Shown here in pieces: positions 31,278 through 41,488 of a DNA stretch of 64,000 nucleotides (its first letter is position 1; the number at the start of each line of letters is the position of its first letter). The position numbers were made by a program, and so were the translations under genes. This DNA is from Escherichia coli (GTDB taxonomy: Bacteria > Pseudomonadota > Gammaproteobacteria > Enterobacterales > Enterobacteriaceae): the NCBI RefSeq assembly GCF_003790525.1, contig NZ_CP033635.1; one strand, written 5' to 3'. The notes under the pieces are model-generated. The model was not told the DNA's origin. It searched no databases and was given only the letters and a program-made list of their open reading frames with translations.

Positions 31278-31646
31278 TTAATTTTTCATTTTGGGCGTCG
31301 GATAAACAGCCAGATAAACGTAACCACAACTGCTGAGGGTATCGGCTTTGCAGGTCAGCCCTTTTGCATACAGTGTCACGGTATGCTGATGGCGGGGATT
31401 CAGTTCACCGCTGGTGAGCATGAGCTCCAGTTGTTTCATCAGCAGCGGAAAGGCCTGGTCCAGATGGTACGCATCCGCGTCGCTGAACCGGCCTCTGATA
31501 CCGGCGCGGTCGGCAAGGTAATGCAACCGGTTACCCTCCTGCACCAGACGTGCCCCAAAACAGGGCGTCACGGTGCAGGGTAGCCCCCACCAGGGGCGGT
31601 CGTTGTTATCGTCGGGATGCGTTGTCCCGGGGAGTGTGTCTGACAC
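31278..31646 (-). CDS. cbeA: CbeA/YeeU-family antitoxin
   Basis: 122 aa, MSDTLPGTTHPDDNNDRPWWGLP...; paired with the toxin. Confidence 0.75.
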   Translation of the reverse strand: MSDTLPGTTHPDDNNDRPWWGLPCTVTPCFGARLVQEGNRLHYLADRAGIRGRFSDADAYHLDQAFPLLMKQLELMLTSGELNPRHQHTVTLYAKGLTCKADTLSSCGYVYLAVYPTPKMKN

Positions 31647-31725
31647 GATAAAATCCTCACAGAAAATTGGTTAAGAATGGTCCGGTGGTGGCGATAATTC
31701 TGCTCTTCTGAATGCCCTTCCAGAC

Positions 31726-31947
31726 TCAGTTCAGGGTGACGCTCATCAGCCGGACATACGGACCAAAACTGTCCTTACGGCGTTCTGCAAATACAGCCAG
31801 CACACCGGGAATATCCTGTACTTCACGGCCGGTATATGTATCCGTGCTACCGTGCCAGCGGTATTTACCGGTACAGAACGGAAAAAGACGGGATGCAGGA
31901 TGCTGACGGTGAATATGCATGGCTTCACCACGGGTGATGATTTTCAT
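31726..31947 (-). CDS. YeeT-like DUF987 protein
   Basis: 73 aa, MKIITRGEAMHIHRQHPASRLFPFCTGKYRWHG; canonical position between the RadC-like and CbeA genes. Confidence 0.7.
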   Translation of the reverse strand: MKIITRGEAMHIHRQHPASRLFPFCTGKYRWHGSTDTYTGREVQDIPGVLAVFAERRKDSFGPYVRLMSVTLN

Positions 31948-32033
31948 GAGAATAGTCCTCCTGAATGTGAAAGTAAGAAACAGCTGAGAAAGAGAAACTG
32001 AAGTGATATGAAGGTGATTGTGACGGTGACGGG

Positions 32034-32525
32034 TTAAAGCAGACCGTGTTCCGCAAAGGAGAAAACCTGGCTGCCACCGATTATCAGATGGTCCGGTACC
32101 CGGATATCCACCAGGGCCAGTGCCTGTACCAGACGTTCCGTAATAAGGCGGTCAGCCTTACTGGGTGTGACTTCACCTGACGGGTGATTGTGTGCCAGTA
32201 CCACGGCGGCGGCATTGTGGTACAGGGCGCGTTTAATCACCTCCCGGGGATGGACTTCCGTGCGGTTGATGGTGCCTGTGAAGAGGGTTTCACCGGCAAT
32301 CAGCTGATTCTGGTTGTTCAGGTACAGCACCCGGAATTCTTCACGCTCCAGTCCCGCCATGTTCAGAATCAGCCATTCCCGTGCCGCACGGGTGGAGGTG
32401 AAGGCCACGCCGGGTTCATGAAGATGGCGGTCCAGGGTTTTCAGGGCCCGCTGAATGAGGCTGCGCTCACCGGGCGTCATCGCTCCGGGCAGAAAGGAAA
32501 GCTGTTGCATTGTGCTTCTCTCCAT
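32034..32525 (-). CDS. RadC-like JAB-domain protein (YeeS/YfjY/YkfG family)
   Basis: 163 aa; JAMM motif HNHPSGEVTPSKAD. Confidence 0.85.
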   Translation of the reverse strand: MERSTMQQLSFLPGAMTPGERSLIQRALKTLDRHLHEPGVAFTSTRAAREWLILNMAGLEREEFRVLYLNNQNQLIAGETLFTGTINRTEVHPREVIKRALYHNAAAVVLAHNHPSGEVTPSKADRLITERLVQALALVDIRVPDHLIIGGSQVFSFAEHGLL

Positions 32526-33005
32526 TCAGTCGATGATGCGCATAATGGCGCTGCATTCCGGATGCTGCAGGGCGTAATCCCGCAGACGGTAATAATGAAC
32601 CGTCATGGCATAACACTCCGTACGACAGGCATGATGACTGTACGTCATCAGACAGGCAGCAATGCCGGCGGCTTCCGGGCTCATTTCAGCGCGGTTACCG
32701 TTCATGGCATTGAACAGTACCCATGTTTCGTCATCATCATCATCCGGTTCGGGTGCCATAAATGCCCCGCCGTTGTTCAGGGTGTACAGATTCCAGATAC
32801 CACCGCAGTAGTCTTCACACAGACGGTCCATCCAGCCGAAGACACGGGGCTCCAGGGTCACCCACTGTGGAATGAGGCCAAAGTGCTGCGGCCAGAAGCT
32901 GATACGTTGTTCATCAGGGACGAGGCTGGCAACCAACTGAGGCGGATTATTCTCTGGTGTTGTAGCTGAATAAATTGTGGGGGTATTCTGAGAAACGGTT
33001 TTCAT
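32526..33005 (-). CDS. Antirestriction protein, KlcA/ArdB family (YfjX-like)
   Basis: 159 aa; acidic DDDDDE patch; position upstream of the RadC-like gene. Confidence 0.65.
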   Translation of the reverse strand: MKTVSQNTPTIYSATTPENNPPQLVASLVPDEQRISFWPQHFGLIPQWVTLEPRVFGWMDRLCEDYCGGIWNLYTLNNGGAFMAPEPDDDDDETWVLFNAMNGNRAEMSPEAAGIAACLMTYSHHACRTECYAMTVHYYRLRDYALQHPECSAIMRIID

Positions 33006-33086
33006 GAGATAACGCCTTAAATAACAAATAAATGTGTGTTTTTCAGGAACGAAAGCTGAATGATTCCCTCACTCAGGGAAACGGCA

Positions 33087-33908
33087 TCAGCGCAGGCTCT
33101 CCAGCATCGTTTCTGCTATCACCCACAATGCGCGATTGAGCTTAATGTCGGTATCAATGCTGTGAATGGCCCGGGTGTGGATACGTTTTCCTTTTGCACT
33201 GCGTCCCTGAAGACCGCCCTTGAGCATATTCTCCTGGATGGTCTGATAAGCACTCCACAGGTCCTTACCGTAATCCTCCCGGCGTCGTGGTGTCAGAATG
33301 TCGGCGGTGGTGACGGGCTGATGTTCATCACCATAACGGTAAGTCAGTGCCGCCTGTGCCAGCGCCTGGCGTGCCGGTGGCGGCAGGACCAGCGACTGCA
33401 TGGCATCACGCTTCTCCTCTATCCGGTCAAACACGCCCACCACCTCGTAAGCCCCTTCAATGACTCTGTCCACCACATTTCCCCTGTGCGGAACACGCAC
33501 CTCTCCCAGAGACTGACCACAGACGCACCCGTTCTGGCAGACGAATCTGAAGTAACCCGGCAGCATCTGGTAGCTGGAGGTACCGTCATGGGAGTTGAGC
33601 AGGATGATCTCCGGGACATGCTGTCCGTTTATTTCCCCGTCACGACGTAGACGCAGCATGTGTTTTGTGTATCCCCGGTGGCCCGGGTCCCGTACGCGGG
33701 TCTGGCAGGCGAAAAAGGGCTGGAAGCCTTCCCGCTGCAGGCTTTCCAGCACGGTGATGGTGGGGATATACGTATAGTTCTGGCTTCGGGACGTGTGTTT
33801 CTCTTCCCCGAAAATACTCGGTACATGGTGCATCAGCTCTTCATGTGTCAGTGGGCGGTCACGGCGTATCTGGTTTGCAGCATAACCAAAACGACTGGCT
33901 AATCGCAT
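33087..33908 (-). CDS. YfjQ/YafZ-family (DUF932) protein
   Basis: 273 aa; position after the YeeP-like GTPase as in CP4-type islands. Confidence 0.6.
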   Translation of the reverse strand: MRLASRFGYAANQIRRDRPLTHEELMHHVPSIFGEEKHTSRSQNYTYIPTITVLESLQREGFQPFFACQTRVRDPGHRGYTKHMLRLRRDGEINGQHVPEIILLNSHDGTSSYQMLPGYFRFVCQNGCVCGQSLGEVRVPHRGNVVDRVIEGAYEVVGVFDRIEEKRDAMQSLVLPPPARQALAQAALTYRYGDEHQPVTTADILTPRRREDYGKDLWSAYQTIQENMLKGGLQGRSAKGKRIHTRAIHSIDTDIKLNRALWVIAETMLESLR

Positions 33909-34008
33909 ACTTTGCTCCTTATCGGTGGTTAAGATTTACTGGTGTAATAAATGAAAAAAACCACGTCTCCCGGAGAAGACGCGGCCTGACAGATGAAATG
34001 AATGACGT

Positions 34009-34242
34009 TTATTGTCTGAGAAGCCCTTCACTGGCGAGATACGGATTTAGCTGTTTTCCGGCATCAGGTTCAAAATTCCAGCACCGCCAGCGTAGCTGCC
34101 CTTCAGCATTGCGAATAACCAACCGGAAATGCGTTCCCTGGTCATCTTCAGTAAACACATTGCGGTAAGCTGTTGTGACAGCCATCGCCTGTTCGCGTGA
34201 GAAAGGGCCTTCGGGCAATAAAACAGGGTGACAGTCCGACAT
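34009..34242 (-). CDS. Small hypothetical protein (DUF905-like)
   Basis: 77-aa ORF in operon orientation. Confidence 0.45.
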   Translation of the reverse strand: MSDCHPVLLPEGPFSREQAMAVTTAYRNVFTEDDQGTHFRLVIRNAEGQLRWRCWNFEPDAGKQLNPYLASEGLLRQ

Positions 34243-34247
34243 ACCGG

Positions 34248-34925
34248 CTATTTTCCGATAAATTCAACGCTGGCACCGGTGGCATTACCGTCAGCACCAA
34301 CCGTGACGGTCACTTTGTCGTACGCACGGTCTTCAGGATTGAACACTTCAAACTCAACCTTATTGCCTTTTACTTCGTAAGAGCCAAAATCAGCGGTTTC
34401 TGTTGTTTCCTCGTCATATTCCCGGGCGTATGCCTGCCGGGCAGCCTGCAGGACGGAATCTTTATTAATAGTGGTCGTCTGTTTCGGGGAAAAACCGGCA
34501 AGTGATGTGACAAATTTCGGACAGACCTTCAGCATATCACCGCGGGTGAATTCCATTCGTACACCAAATGCCTGTAAAACGGACACATCACGCTCTGCTA
34601 TGGAGTGAACGGCTTTTTTGACCATTTCCGGCGCCTGTCCGACTTCCACCTCAACAGCCCTGAATCCCGTCTGCTGATTACACATTTGTGATGTGGGGAT
34701 CAGGTTACCGTTAATACTGATACGGCTGCCCAGGAGCGTCTGTACGCCATTCGGGCATTCCTGCATCAGGCCGGTAATACCAATCGTGCCATTTTTCAGC
34801 ATTACCAGTGCCTGACCATCTTCCGTCATGGTCTGACACCAGCCGTTTTTGACAGCCCAGTTGCCGGCGGAGGCGGAGAAGGATGCCACAGTGAACAGCA
34901 GGGGAAAAAGAATTCTGGTATTCAT
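34248..34925 (-). CDS. Secreted hypothetical protein
   Basis: 225 aa; N-terminal signal peptide [20 protein letters not shown]. Confidence 0.55.
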   Translation of the reverse strand: MNTRILFPLLFTVASFSASAGNWAVKNGWCQTMTEDGQALVMLKNGTIGITGLMQECPNGVQTLLGSRISINGNLIPTSQMCNQQTGFRAVEVEVGQAPEMVKKAVHSIAERDVSVLQAFGVRMEFTRGDMLKVCPKFVTSLAGFSPKQTTTINKDSVLQAARQAYAREYDEETTETADFGSYEVKGNKVEFEVFNPEDRAYDKVTVTVGADGNATGASVEFIGK

Positions 34926-35043
34926 GACTGACCTCTGAAATTAAAGAGCGTGTTATTGATAATGACAGACGGTATACGGCAGTGGTTACCGTAATCCGTT
35001 GTCGTGTAAAGGTATACGGTTGCCACGGGGGACTCCGGGGCGC

Positions 35044-35928
35044 TCAGAACAGGTGATCCCACAGTGTGACCAGCAGGTGGATAATGCGGGCCCGGGCTTT
35101 ACGCAGAAGCTGTAACATCCAGGCCGGAAAACTGAACCGGGCAGCGGCGTCGTCAAAACTTTTCCCGATGGCGTCACCAAAAGTCTGTTGTGCGTGTTTC
35201 TGGGCCTGTTCAGAGCGGTTTTCTCCCCGGATATGTGAATAAACCGCGCTGGTTGCCTGTGGTGGCAGTGCGTGGATCATCAGTGACACCAGTGCCTGAA
35301 GATTCCAGCCGACAGGCGCTGCAACGGAGAGTACCGGAAATGATGACGGGAACAGGGTGGCCACCCGGGCTGTTACTGTCGCCAGTGAGAGTTCCTGCTG
35401 ACGGGACGGGCATTTTTCTGTGTCGTTCCATTCTTCAGCAGGAAACACGCGATCGGCATGGCTGAGAACAAACAGAAAACGCGAGGGATCGGCATCTTCA
35501 TTCAGTAAAAACTGATGCATGGCGATGTCGGCAGCATACGCACGTTCATCAGCCCGCAGGATCCAGATAATCAGATCCAGTTCCGGTAGCAACTGATGAT
35601 AAAGTGCCCGGTATTCCTGATCATGCTGCGGTGTCTCACCAATGCCGGGCAGATCGACCAGCGTCATTCTGCGTTCACCGATCTGCAGGGTGAGGTGATG
35701 AGCCTGGCGGGTGCAGCCGTTCAGGGGATGCGTGGCGCAGATATGGGACTGAAAAATGGCATTACACAGGCTGCTTTTGCCTGTGCCGGATTTACCCATA
35801 ATGCCAATCACGGGCTCGTAATGAATAACACCGTGGAGATGTTCAAGGATTTTCTGGCGAATTTCTTCAGGAAGAAACGTCAGATATGATTTCACTTGTG
35901 CAGAGAGGGAAGAATGGCTGAATGACAT
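35044..35928 (-). CDS. YeeP/YkfA/YfjP-family 50S ribosome-binding GTPase
   Basis: 294 aa; G1 GKSGTGKSS; G3 DLPG. Confidence 0.8.
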   Translation of the reverse strand: MSFSHSSLSAQVKSYLTFLPEEIRQKILEHLHGVIHYEPVIGIMGKSGTGKSSLCNAIFQSHICATHPLNGCTRQAHHLTLQIGERRMTLVDLPGIGETPQHDQEYRALYHQLLPELDLIIWILRADERAYAADIAMHQFLLNEDADPSRFLFVLSHADRVFPAEEWNDTEKCPSRQQELSLATVTARVATLFPSSFPVLSVAAPVGWNLQALVSLMIHALPPQATSAVYSHIRGENRSEQAQKHAQQTFGDAIGKSFDDAAARFSFPAWMLQLLRKARARIIHLLVTLWDHLF

Positions 35929-36019
35929 ACCGGTATCCTGTTGATTTCGCTGAACCGGATCACACTAATCCGGTTTATCATTCAGGTAATATGGACGTGA
36001 AAAAATCTGGAGTGACAAA

Positions 36020-37009
36020 GTGTGGAGGGAAGAGATGACGGCACAACAAAGTGATGCGCTGCGTGAGATTGCTAATAAAGCCAGAGTTACCACCATTCTT
36101 CAGAGTAAGGCCTGGAAAGATACCCAGCGAATACTGAAGCGCAGCGGACTTGTGTGCAGAGAACGATCAGAGCCGTTTGATCCGGAGAAACATTTTGACT
36201 GTTATACGGTGCGTTATCTGTACCTGCTTAACATAATAGCACTTGAGCTAAGGCCAGATACAAGGCCAGATACACGGATTAAGGTTGAGGTGGGCCACTG
36301 GTATCGTATGACGGGTAAACGTTTATCACTTAATGTCCCGCCTTTTATGCTGATTCCGCGTAATATCCGGAGAAAAGTGGATGGATTCAGGCAATCAGAA
36401 GGTAAAACAACAAAAAAACCGACTCAACCGTTCACGGGCAGTTTGTATGAGGTTTTGAGCGGGGATATTGATTCGGCTAAGCTGGACGCATGGATTGCTG
36501 GACTACCTCTGAGTGCGCTGGAGGGAGCGAAGGAAATCCCAATCATGGGATTTAGTCCATGGGTTGTAGCCAAATCTGTTCGTCAGTCTGCATCCCCGAC
36601 GTTTGAACTTTTTTATCAGGAGTATCAGTCCCTGGTATTAAAATCTGTTTTTAAACTGGAACCGGGATTTGAACAACTTTTAACAAGACTAAGCTTTATA
36701 AAACAATCAATCCTCAGCAAACAACAATACAGGGTTAAATCGCAGTTACTGGAGAGACTGGGGAATGTGTTGTTTTTCACGTTGCTTTATAACCAGGGAT
36801 GTCCGGGAGAGTTTATAAATACACTTGTGGAAAAGGAGGACATTTATCTGAAAGCGTCCCCCGGGGAAGAAAAGGTGAAAGCACACCAGAAGCTGATTAA
36901 CTACATTGAAGAGTTCTGCAACGAAATGACGGAAAAGTACCTGATGCCTGCAGCCGGGAGACACTACAAAAAGAGGAAAACTGCCAGGAGTGGAAGTAGT
37001 GAAAGTTAA
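36020..37009 (+). CDS. Hypothetical protein, unrecognised family
   Basis: 329-aa ORF; convergent with and overlapping (4 bp) the next ORF. Confidence 0.5.
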   Translation: MWREEMTAQQSDALREIANKARVTTILQSKAWKDTQRILKRSGLVCRERSEPFDPEKHFDCYTVRYLYLLNIIALELRPDTRPDTRIKVEVGHWYRMTGKRLSLNVPPFMLIPRNIRRKVDGFRQSEGKTTKKPTQPFTGSLYEVLSGDIDSAKLDAWIAGLPLSALEGAKEIPIMGFSPWVVAKSVRQSASPTFELFYQEYQSLVLKSVFKLEPGFEQLLTRLSFIKQSILSKQQYRVKSQLLERLGNVLFFTLLYNQGCPGEFINTLVEKEDIYLKASPGEEKVKAHQKLINYIEEFCNEMTEKYLMPAAGRHYKKRKTARSGSSES

Positions 37010-37845
37010 TCCAGTCTACCGTTCAGAATCAGTTGTTCCAGAATAGCCTGCTGTGTTGTTTTCCTCGCTCTGGTCAGTCTGTCCAGAGCGCTTTTTGCGG
37101 ACGGTGATATCTTTACGTTAATTTGTACCCGTTTATCTTTTTTCCCGTCGATAAACTGTTTTCTGAAAGCGTCGTGCATTCTTCTGTAAAAATGTTCTTC
37201 AGCGCAGATCCCGACATGAAACTCTTTGTCGTTGTACTGGCATGGTATATCTCCGGGATACAGTATTTTAAGCAATGCTAAGATGGCAATGCGTTTCTCT
37301 TCGTTATTGACGGGGCAAAACCAGGTTAAATGTGACTCGGGAATACGAATGTTAATATATTTCCATGCCCACTCGAGTTGTTCCGGATTTTTTTTAAGCC
37401 ATGTAGCCTGGTTTTTGTTCCCGATTTCCTTCCAGTTTTTATAGATGGCATCAACGAGATTTTTAGTAAAAGCTTCCGTTTCTATCTGTGCTACACTATC
37501 AATCCATCGCCTGATGATCTCCAGCCGAATCTCATGGGTTGAGGATGACAGCTTACTGATGCAAACAGATTCTTCAGAAGTGGGAAGTTGCATGGTAAGT
37601 TCATAGTAACTGCTCCCTGACACTTTCATATCCTTTATCACCAGACAAAACCAGAATGCTGCAACTTTATCCTTAAGCCATTCAGGTAAATGCCTATCCT
37701 GCACATGACGCGATTTTAACGAATTCAGATTTTCTCCATTTTTCGATAAAAATTGATTCTGTTTATCTCGCCCCTGATCGTTAATCCGTAATGTCATCTG
37801 TTTTCTCCTTCTTTCCGGGTTATCTGTTATTAAACCCCATATCAA
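37006..37845 (-). CDS. Hypothetical protein, unrecognised family
   Basis: 279-aa AT-rich ORF; likely start at the internal MTLRINDQ. Confidence 0.5.
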   Translation of the reverse strand: MIWGLITDNPERRRKQMTLRINDQGRDKQNQFLSKNGENLNSLKSRHVQDRHLPEWLKDKVAAFWFCLVIKDMKVSGSSYYELTMQLPTSEESVCISKLSSSTHEIRLEIIRRWIDSVAQIETEAFTKNLVDAIYKNWKEIGNKNQATWLKKNPEQLEWAWKYINIRIPESHLTWFCPVNNEEKRIAILALLKILYPGDIPCQYNDKEFHVGICAEEHFYRRMHDAFRKQFIDGKKDKRVQINVKISPSAKSALDRLTRARKTTQQAILEQLILNGRLD

Positions 37846-38439
37846 TAAAACGAGTGCAATGCAATAAAATTTACAAATAAAAGCATTTTGTGTTCACAGA
37901 ACGATTATTCACCAGTTATTAATGCAATAAAATATTCCTGAACTATTCCTTGATTAGGAAAAACATGCTATCAACTATGGTTCATGTGCCCCTTGTGGAG
38001 GGCGTTTTGCCGTTCGGCTGTTCTTGTGGTCAGATTAACAATCTGAAGAGTAAAGACGACAGTAATCTGTCTGTTATAGTGGCGATAAAAACACTGAATG
38101 TGCATCCTGTATGTGAAATCCGGTCATGTGGAGCAGTAAGCAATGACAGACATGCATGTTATATGTGAAGGGGGCCGGGAGACGACATAATCAGTATGGC
38201 TGTCATTCTGGTTGTAAAACGCGATCACTTTCCGGGGGTAAAAGATGATATGGAGGCTGACAAACGGTTTGCTTCGGATTGTCTTTTCTGGGGCCTGAAA
38301 TACGGGGGCAGAAAAATAATTCCAGAGTAAATCTGCTCTGTTTTTAGGACAGAAAACTCCATGCTGGCTGTAAAAGTGAGAAATCAACACCCAGTATGTA
38401 TGGAAGTCTGAAGATGTTGAGAATGTCGGTATGATACTA

Positions 38440-38640
38440 TATACACATGTTTTTATTAAGTGTTATATACATATCTTTTTAAATAGATAATTCTACACAT
38501 ATTTTACTAAGTATTTTTACTAAGCATTTCAGTAAGTGTTATACACGTATTTTCTACTAAGTGTTTTACCAGACATACACGTGTTTTCATAAACAGCCCT
38601 ATAAGTGTTTTCATTAAGCATTGCTGTACACATTGCTTTG
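38440..38640. repeat. Iteron-like cluster of short direct repeats (TAAGTGTT and TACACRTRTTTT)
   Basis: At least 4 copies of TAAGTGTT and 5 of TACAC(A/G)T(A/G)TTTT within 200 bp of noncoding DNA. Confidence 0.6.
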
Positions 38641-39522
38641 TCTGAAACTCATCCAGTTTAGTAAATCTTTACGTTAGCTAAAATCAGTTTAAAGCTGCTG
38701 TAAAACCTTTCTGTTTAAGCAATCAATCTGCTATTCGATTTTACTGATGTTGCGTTTAACCTTTTCTGAGATTTCGAGTTTCGACGTTAGCATGAGAAAA
38801 GTATCTTTACGCTAAATCAACCCGAACTTTCCTGAAGTAATCTGACGTTTTTTTCGATGTGCTTTCGACGATTCTGTTAAACGACTTTCTGGATGTTTTG
38901 ATAACAATCAGATTGAGGCATTAACGATTCCTGACGTTTTGCTTTTTCATGTAAGGTCATTGTTTTCGTCATGATGTGATTTTTCTTCTTGCATTGCGAA
39001 AGTGTGATGATTGGTTTTGGTTTTTTGATTCAGATGAGATTTACGTTATCGATGGTTAATCGTTTTTATGGTGCGTAGTGAAATGTAACATTTTCGGGAT
39101 GAGAAAATCGATTCTGATGGTGATGGGGATGATCGTGTTACGGCGTTATCTGTAAACAGGTTTTAAACGTGTCATTCGCATTCGTGATTGAGTAATGTGG
39201 TTAAGCTGTAGGTTTTGGTGTTGTTGTTGATTCACAGCGCCAGAAAGTGCTCTGATTGCGTTTCTGGTGTTTTGTTCGAATGTTCTGTGGATCCTTTTCC
39301 CTTCTGACTTTTCTCGTTGTCCATGTCGTTTTTAAATCCATTCGCTGTTCTTGAGTGTTTTTACCCTGCGTGTAGAATTATCTTTTCGTTCCGGGATGGT
39401 TTGTTCCGTTTCAATCACTCTTAATCAGAGAGTTGTAGCATTGCTCAATGCCGGATGCCGTAAAGTTTTACCGCAGTGATTAATGATGTGAAGTCAATCC
39501 AAATCAACGGAGATCTCTCATC

Positions 39523-40254
39523 ATGAATCAACCAATACACAATGCTTACTGGTTATCCCGTTTTGACAGCCTTCTCAACAGTGCCCTGGCGCAACACCGT
39601 GCCGTTTCGTTAATCCGGGTGGATTTACGTTTTCCTGAGTATATGCCTGCCACCATTATGGATACCGATTTAGATTCAGCGGTGATTTCTCGTTTTTTCG
39701 AATCCCTGAAAGCCAAAATCCAGGCTTACCAGCGGAAAAAACGACGTGCCAACAAGCGTGTGCGTGCAACCACCCTGCATTATTTCTGGTGTCGGGAGTT
39801 TGGCAAGGAAAAAGGCAGGAAACATTATCACGTGATATTACTGCTCAACAAAGATACCTGGTGCTCGCCAGGGGATTTCACCGTTCCTTCTTCGCTGGCG
39901 ACACTGATCAAGCTGGCATGGTGTAGTGCTCTGCATCTTGAGCCCTGGCAGGGTAATGGACTGGTTCATTTTTCCAGGCGGACGCCTTTCCGTAAACCGA
40001 CATCATCTGATGCTCGCCCTTCTTCCGATGATACGCCTTTGTCGGGTGGATGTTCTGATACCAGGAAGGCTTCAGACAAAAAGCCGGGTGAAGCCGCTGT
40101 TCTCTGGATCAAGCGTGGTGATGTGGAAGCGCTGCAGAAAGCCCGGAACAGAGCCAGTTATCTCGTGAAATATGAGACGAAGCAGCATGACGGTTCCGGG
40201 CAACGTAATTATGGTTGCAGTCGTGGGCCGGGGCGTCTGCTGGATGGCAGGTGA
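39523..40254 (+). CDS. Inovirus Gp2-like / YfjJ-YagK family protein
   Basis: 243 aa; motif VSLIRVDLRFPEY shared with two downstream paralogues. Confidence 0.65.
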   Translation: MNQPIHNAYWLSRFDSLLNSALAQHRAVSLIRVDLRFPEYMPATIMDTDLDSAVISRFFESLKAKIQAYQRKKRRANKRVRATTLHYFWCREFGKEKGRKHYHVILLLNKDTWCSPGDFTVPSSLATLIKLAWCSALHLEPWQGNGLVHFSRRTPFRKPTSSDARPSSDDTPLSGGCSDTRKASDKKPGEAAVLWIKRGDVEALQKARNRASYLVKYETKQHDGSGQRNYGCSRGPGRLLDGR

Positions 40255-40610
40255 GCCCTGTAAAACGACATCCGGTGCCTGAGCTTATGCTACAGGACGT
40301 TGGCTGACGCCCTTAGCTCGTTTTCTGAAAAAGTCGTCCTGAAGTCATGCAACGGTATTTTTCTCTGCTTTCGCTCCTGGAAACACTCCGTCGGTAAAAC
40401 CTTACTGTCCTGCTTAATGATGTGAACCGAAGTCAACGGAGAGCATTCATTCTGAACCTGCATCCGGTGTTCTGTCCCTTGTCGGTTACCTGATCTTCCC
40501 GTTCTGCCGCGGTTTTTCACTTATTCCATCAACCCCATACGCAAGCCATAACACGTCAGCGCATCCACGGGCAGGACGCGTTGTGGGCTGCGTATAACGG
40601 AACATATCTT

Positions 40611-41183
40611 ATGAATGCTATCCCTTATTTCGACTATAGCCTTGCCCCCTTCTGGCCATCTTATCAGAACAAAATCATCGGCGTTCTCAACCGTGTGTTG
40701 CGCGAGCAGTCCTGCTCCCGAATACGGCGGATCCTGCTTCGTCTGCCGGGGGAACATGGCAACATCTTCAGCGACAGAAAAACCTGGTTCGGTATGGCCT
40801 TTATCGAAACCGTCAGTGCGCTGATGAATGCAACCCCCGGACGCGACCTCTGCTGGCTCCTGACACGTCATCCTGAAAAACCGGAATACCACGTGGTGCT
40901 GTGCGTCAGACAGGAATATTTCGACGGCCCTGAGCTGGACCGGTTGATTCTGGATGCCTGGAGCAACGTACTGGGCTTCGCGTCACCGGGTGAAGCAGCA
41001 CCGTACCAGAAACAGATAACCCGGGATGTGGTGCTGGACAGTTGTTCACCGGACTGCGAAGAGAGACTCAAAGAGCTGATATGGGCGTTCAGTGATTTCG
41101 CCCGCGATCGTCGTGGTGTGCGCGATCCGGAAGCCCGTTACCTCGCCGGTAATCCCTGGTATCCCGTAGCAGGCCAGCTCTGA
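40611..41183 (+). CDS. Inovirus Gp2-like / YfjJ family paralogue
   Basis: From the ATG at 40611 (MNAIPYFDY...); motif RIRRILLRLPGEHG. Confidence 0.6.
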   Translation: MNAIPYFDYSLAPFWPSYQNKIIGVLNRVLREQSCSRIRRILLRLPGEHGNIFSDRKTWFGMAFIETVSALMNATPGRDLCWLLTRHPEKPEYHVVLCVRQEYFDGPELDRLILDAWSNVLGFASPGEAAPYQKQITRDVVLDSCSPDCEERLKELIWAFSDFARDRRGVRDPEARYLAGNPWYPVAGQL

Positions 41184-41251
41184 AAGCTCAGCTCAGCAGA
41201 TTCACCCGCATTTGCCCAACATTCATAAATCTCACAGAGGACATTCTGACC

Positions 41252-41488
41252 ATGTTGACCTCAATGACAGGTCACGACAGCGTATTGCTGCGTGCCGACG
41301 ATCCCCTGATCGACATGAACTACATCACCAGCTTCACTGGTATGACCGACAAATGGTTTTACAAGCTGATCAGTGAAGGCCATTTCCCTAAACCCATCAA
41401 ACTGGGGCGCAGCAGCCGCTGGTACAAAAGTGAAGTGGAGCAGTGGATGCAGCAACGAATCGAGGCATCACGAGGGGCAGCAGCATGA
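41252..41488 (+). CDS. AlpA-family regulator
   Basis: 78 aa; HTH FTGMTDKWFYKLISEGHFPKPIKLG; RBS AGAGG. Confidence 0.7.
   Translation: MLTSMTGHDSVLLRADDPLIDMNYITSFTGMTDKWFYKLISEGHFPKPIKLGRSSRWYKSEVEQWMQQRIEASRGAAA

Noticed and set aside
32184-32969. 261-aa plus-strand ORF
   Set aside because: Antisense to the RadC-like and KlcA-like genes.
38440-38640. Possible CRISPR array
   Set aside because: Repeats are short (8-12 bp), irregularly spaced and imperfect; no regular repeat-spacer periodicity and no cas genes nearby.
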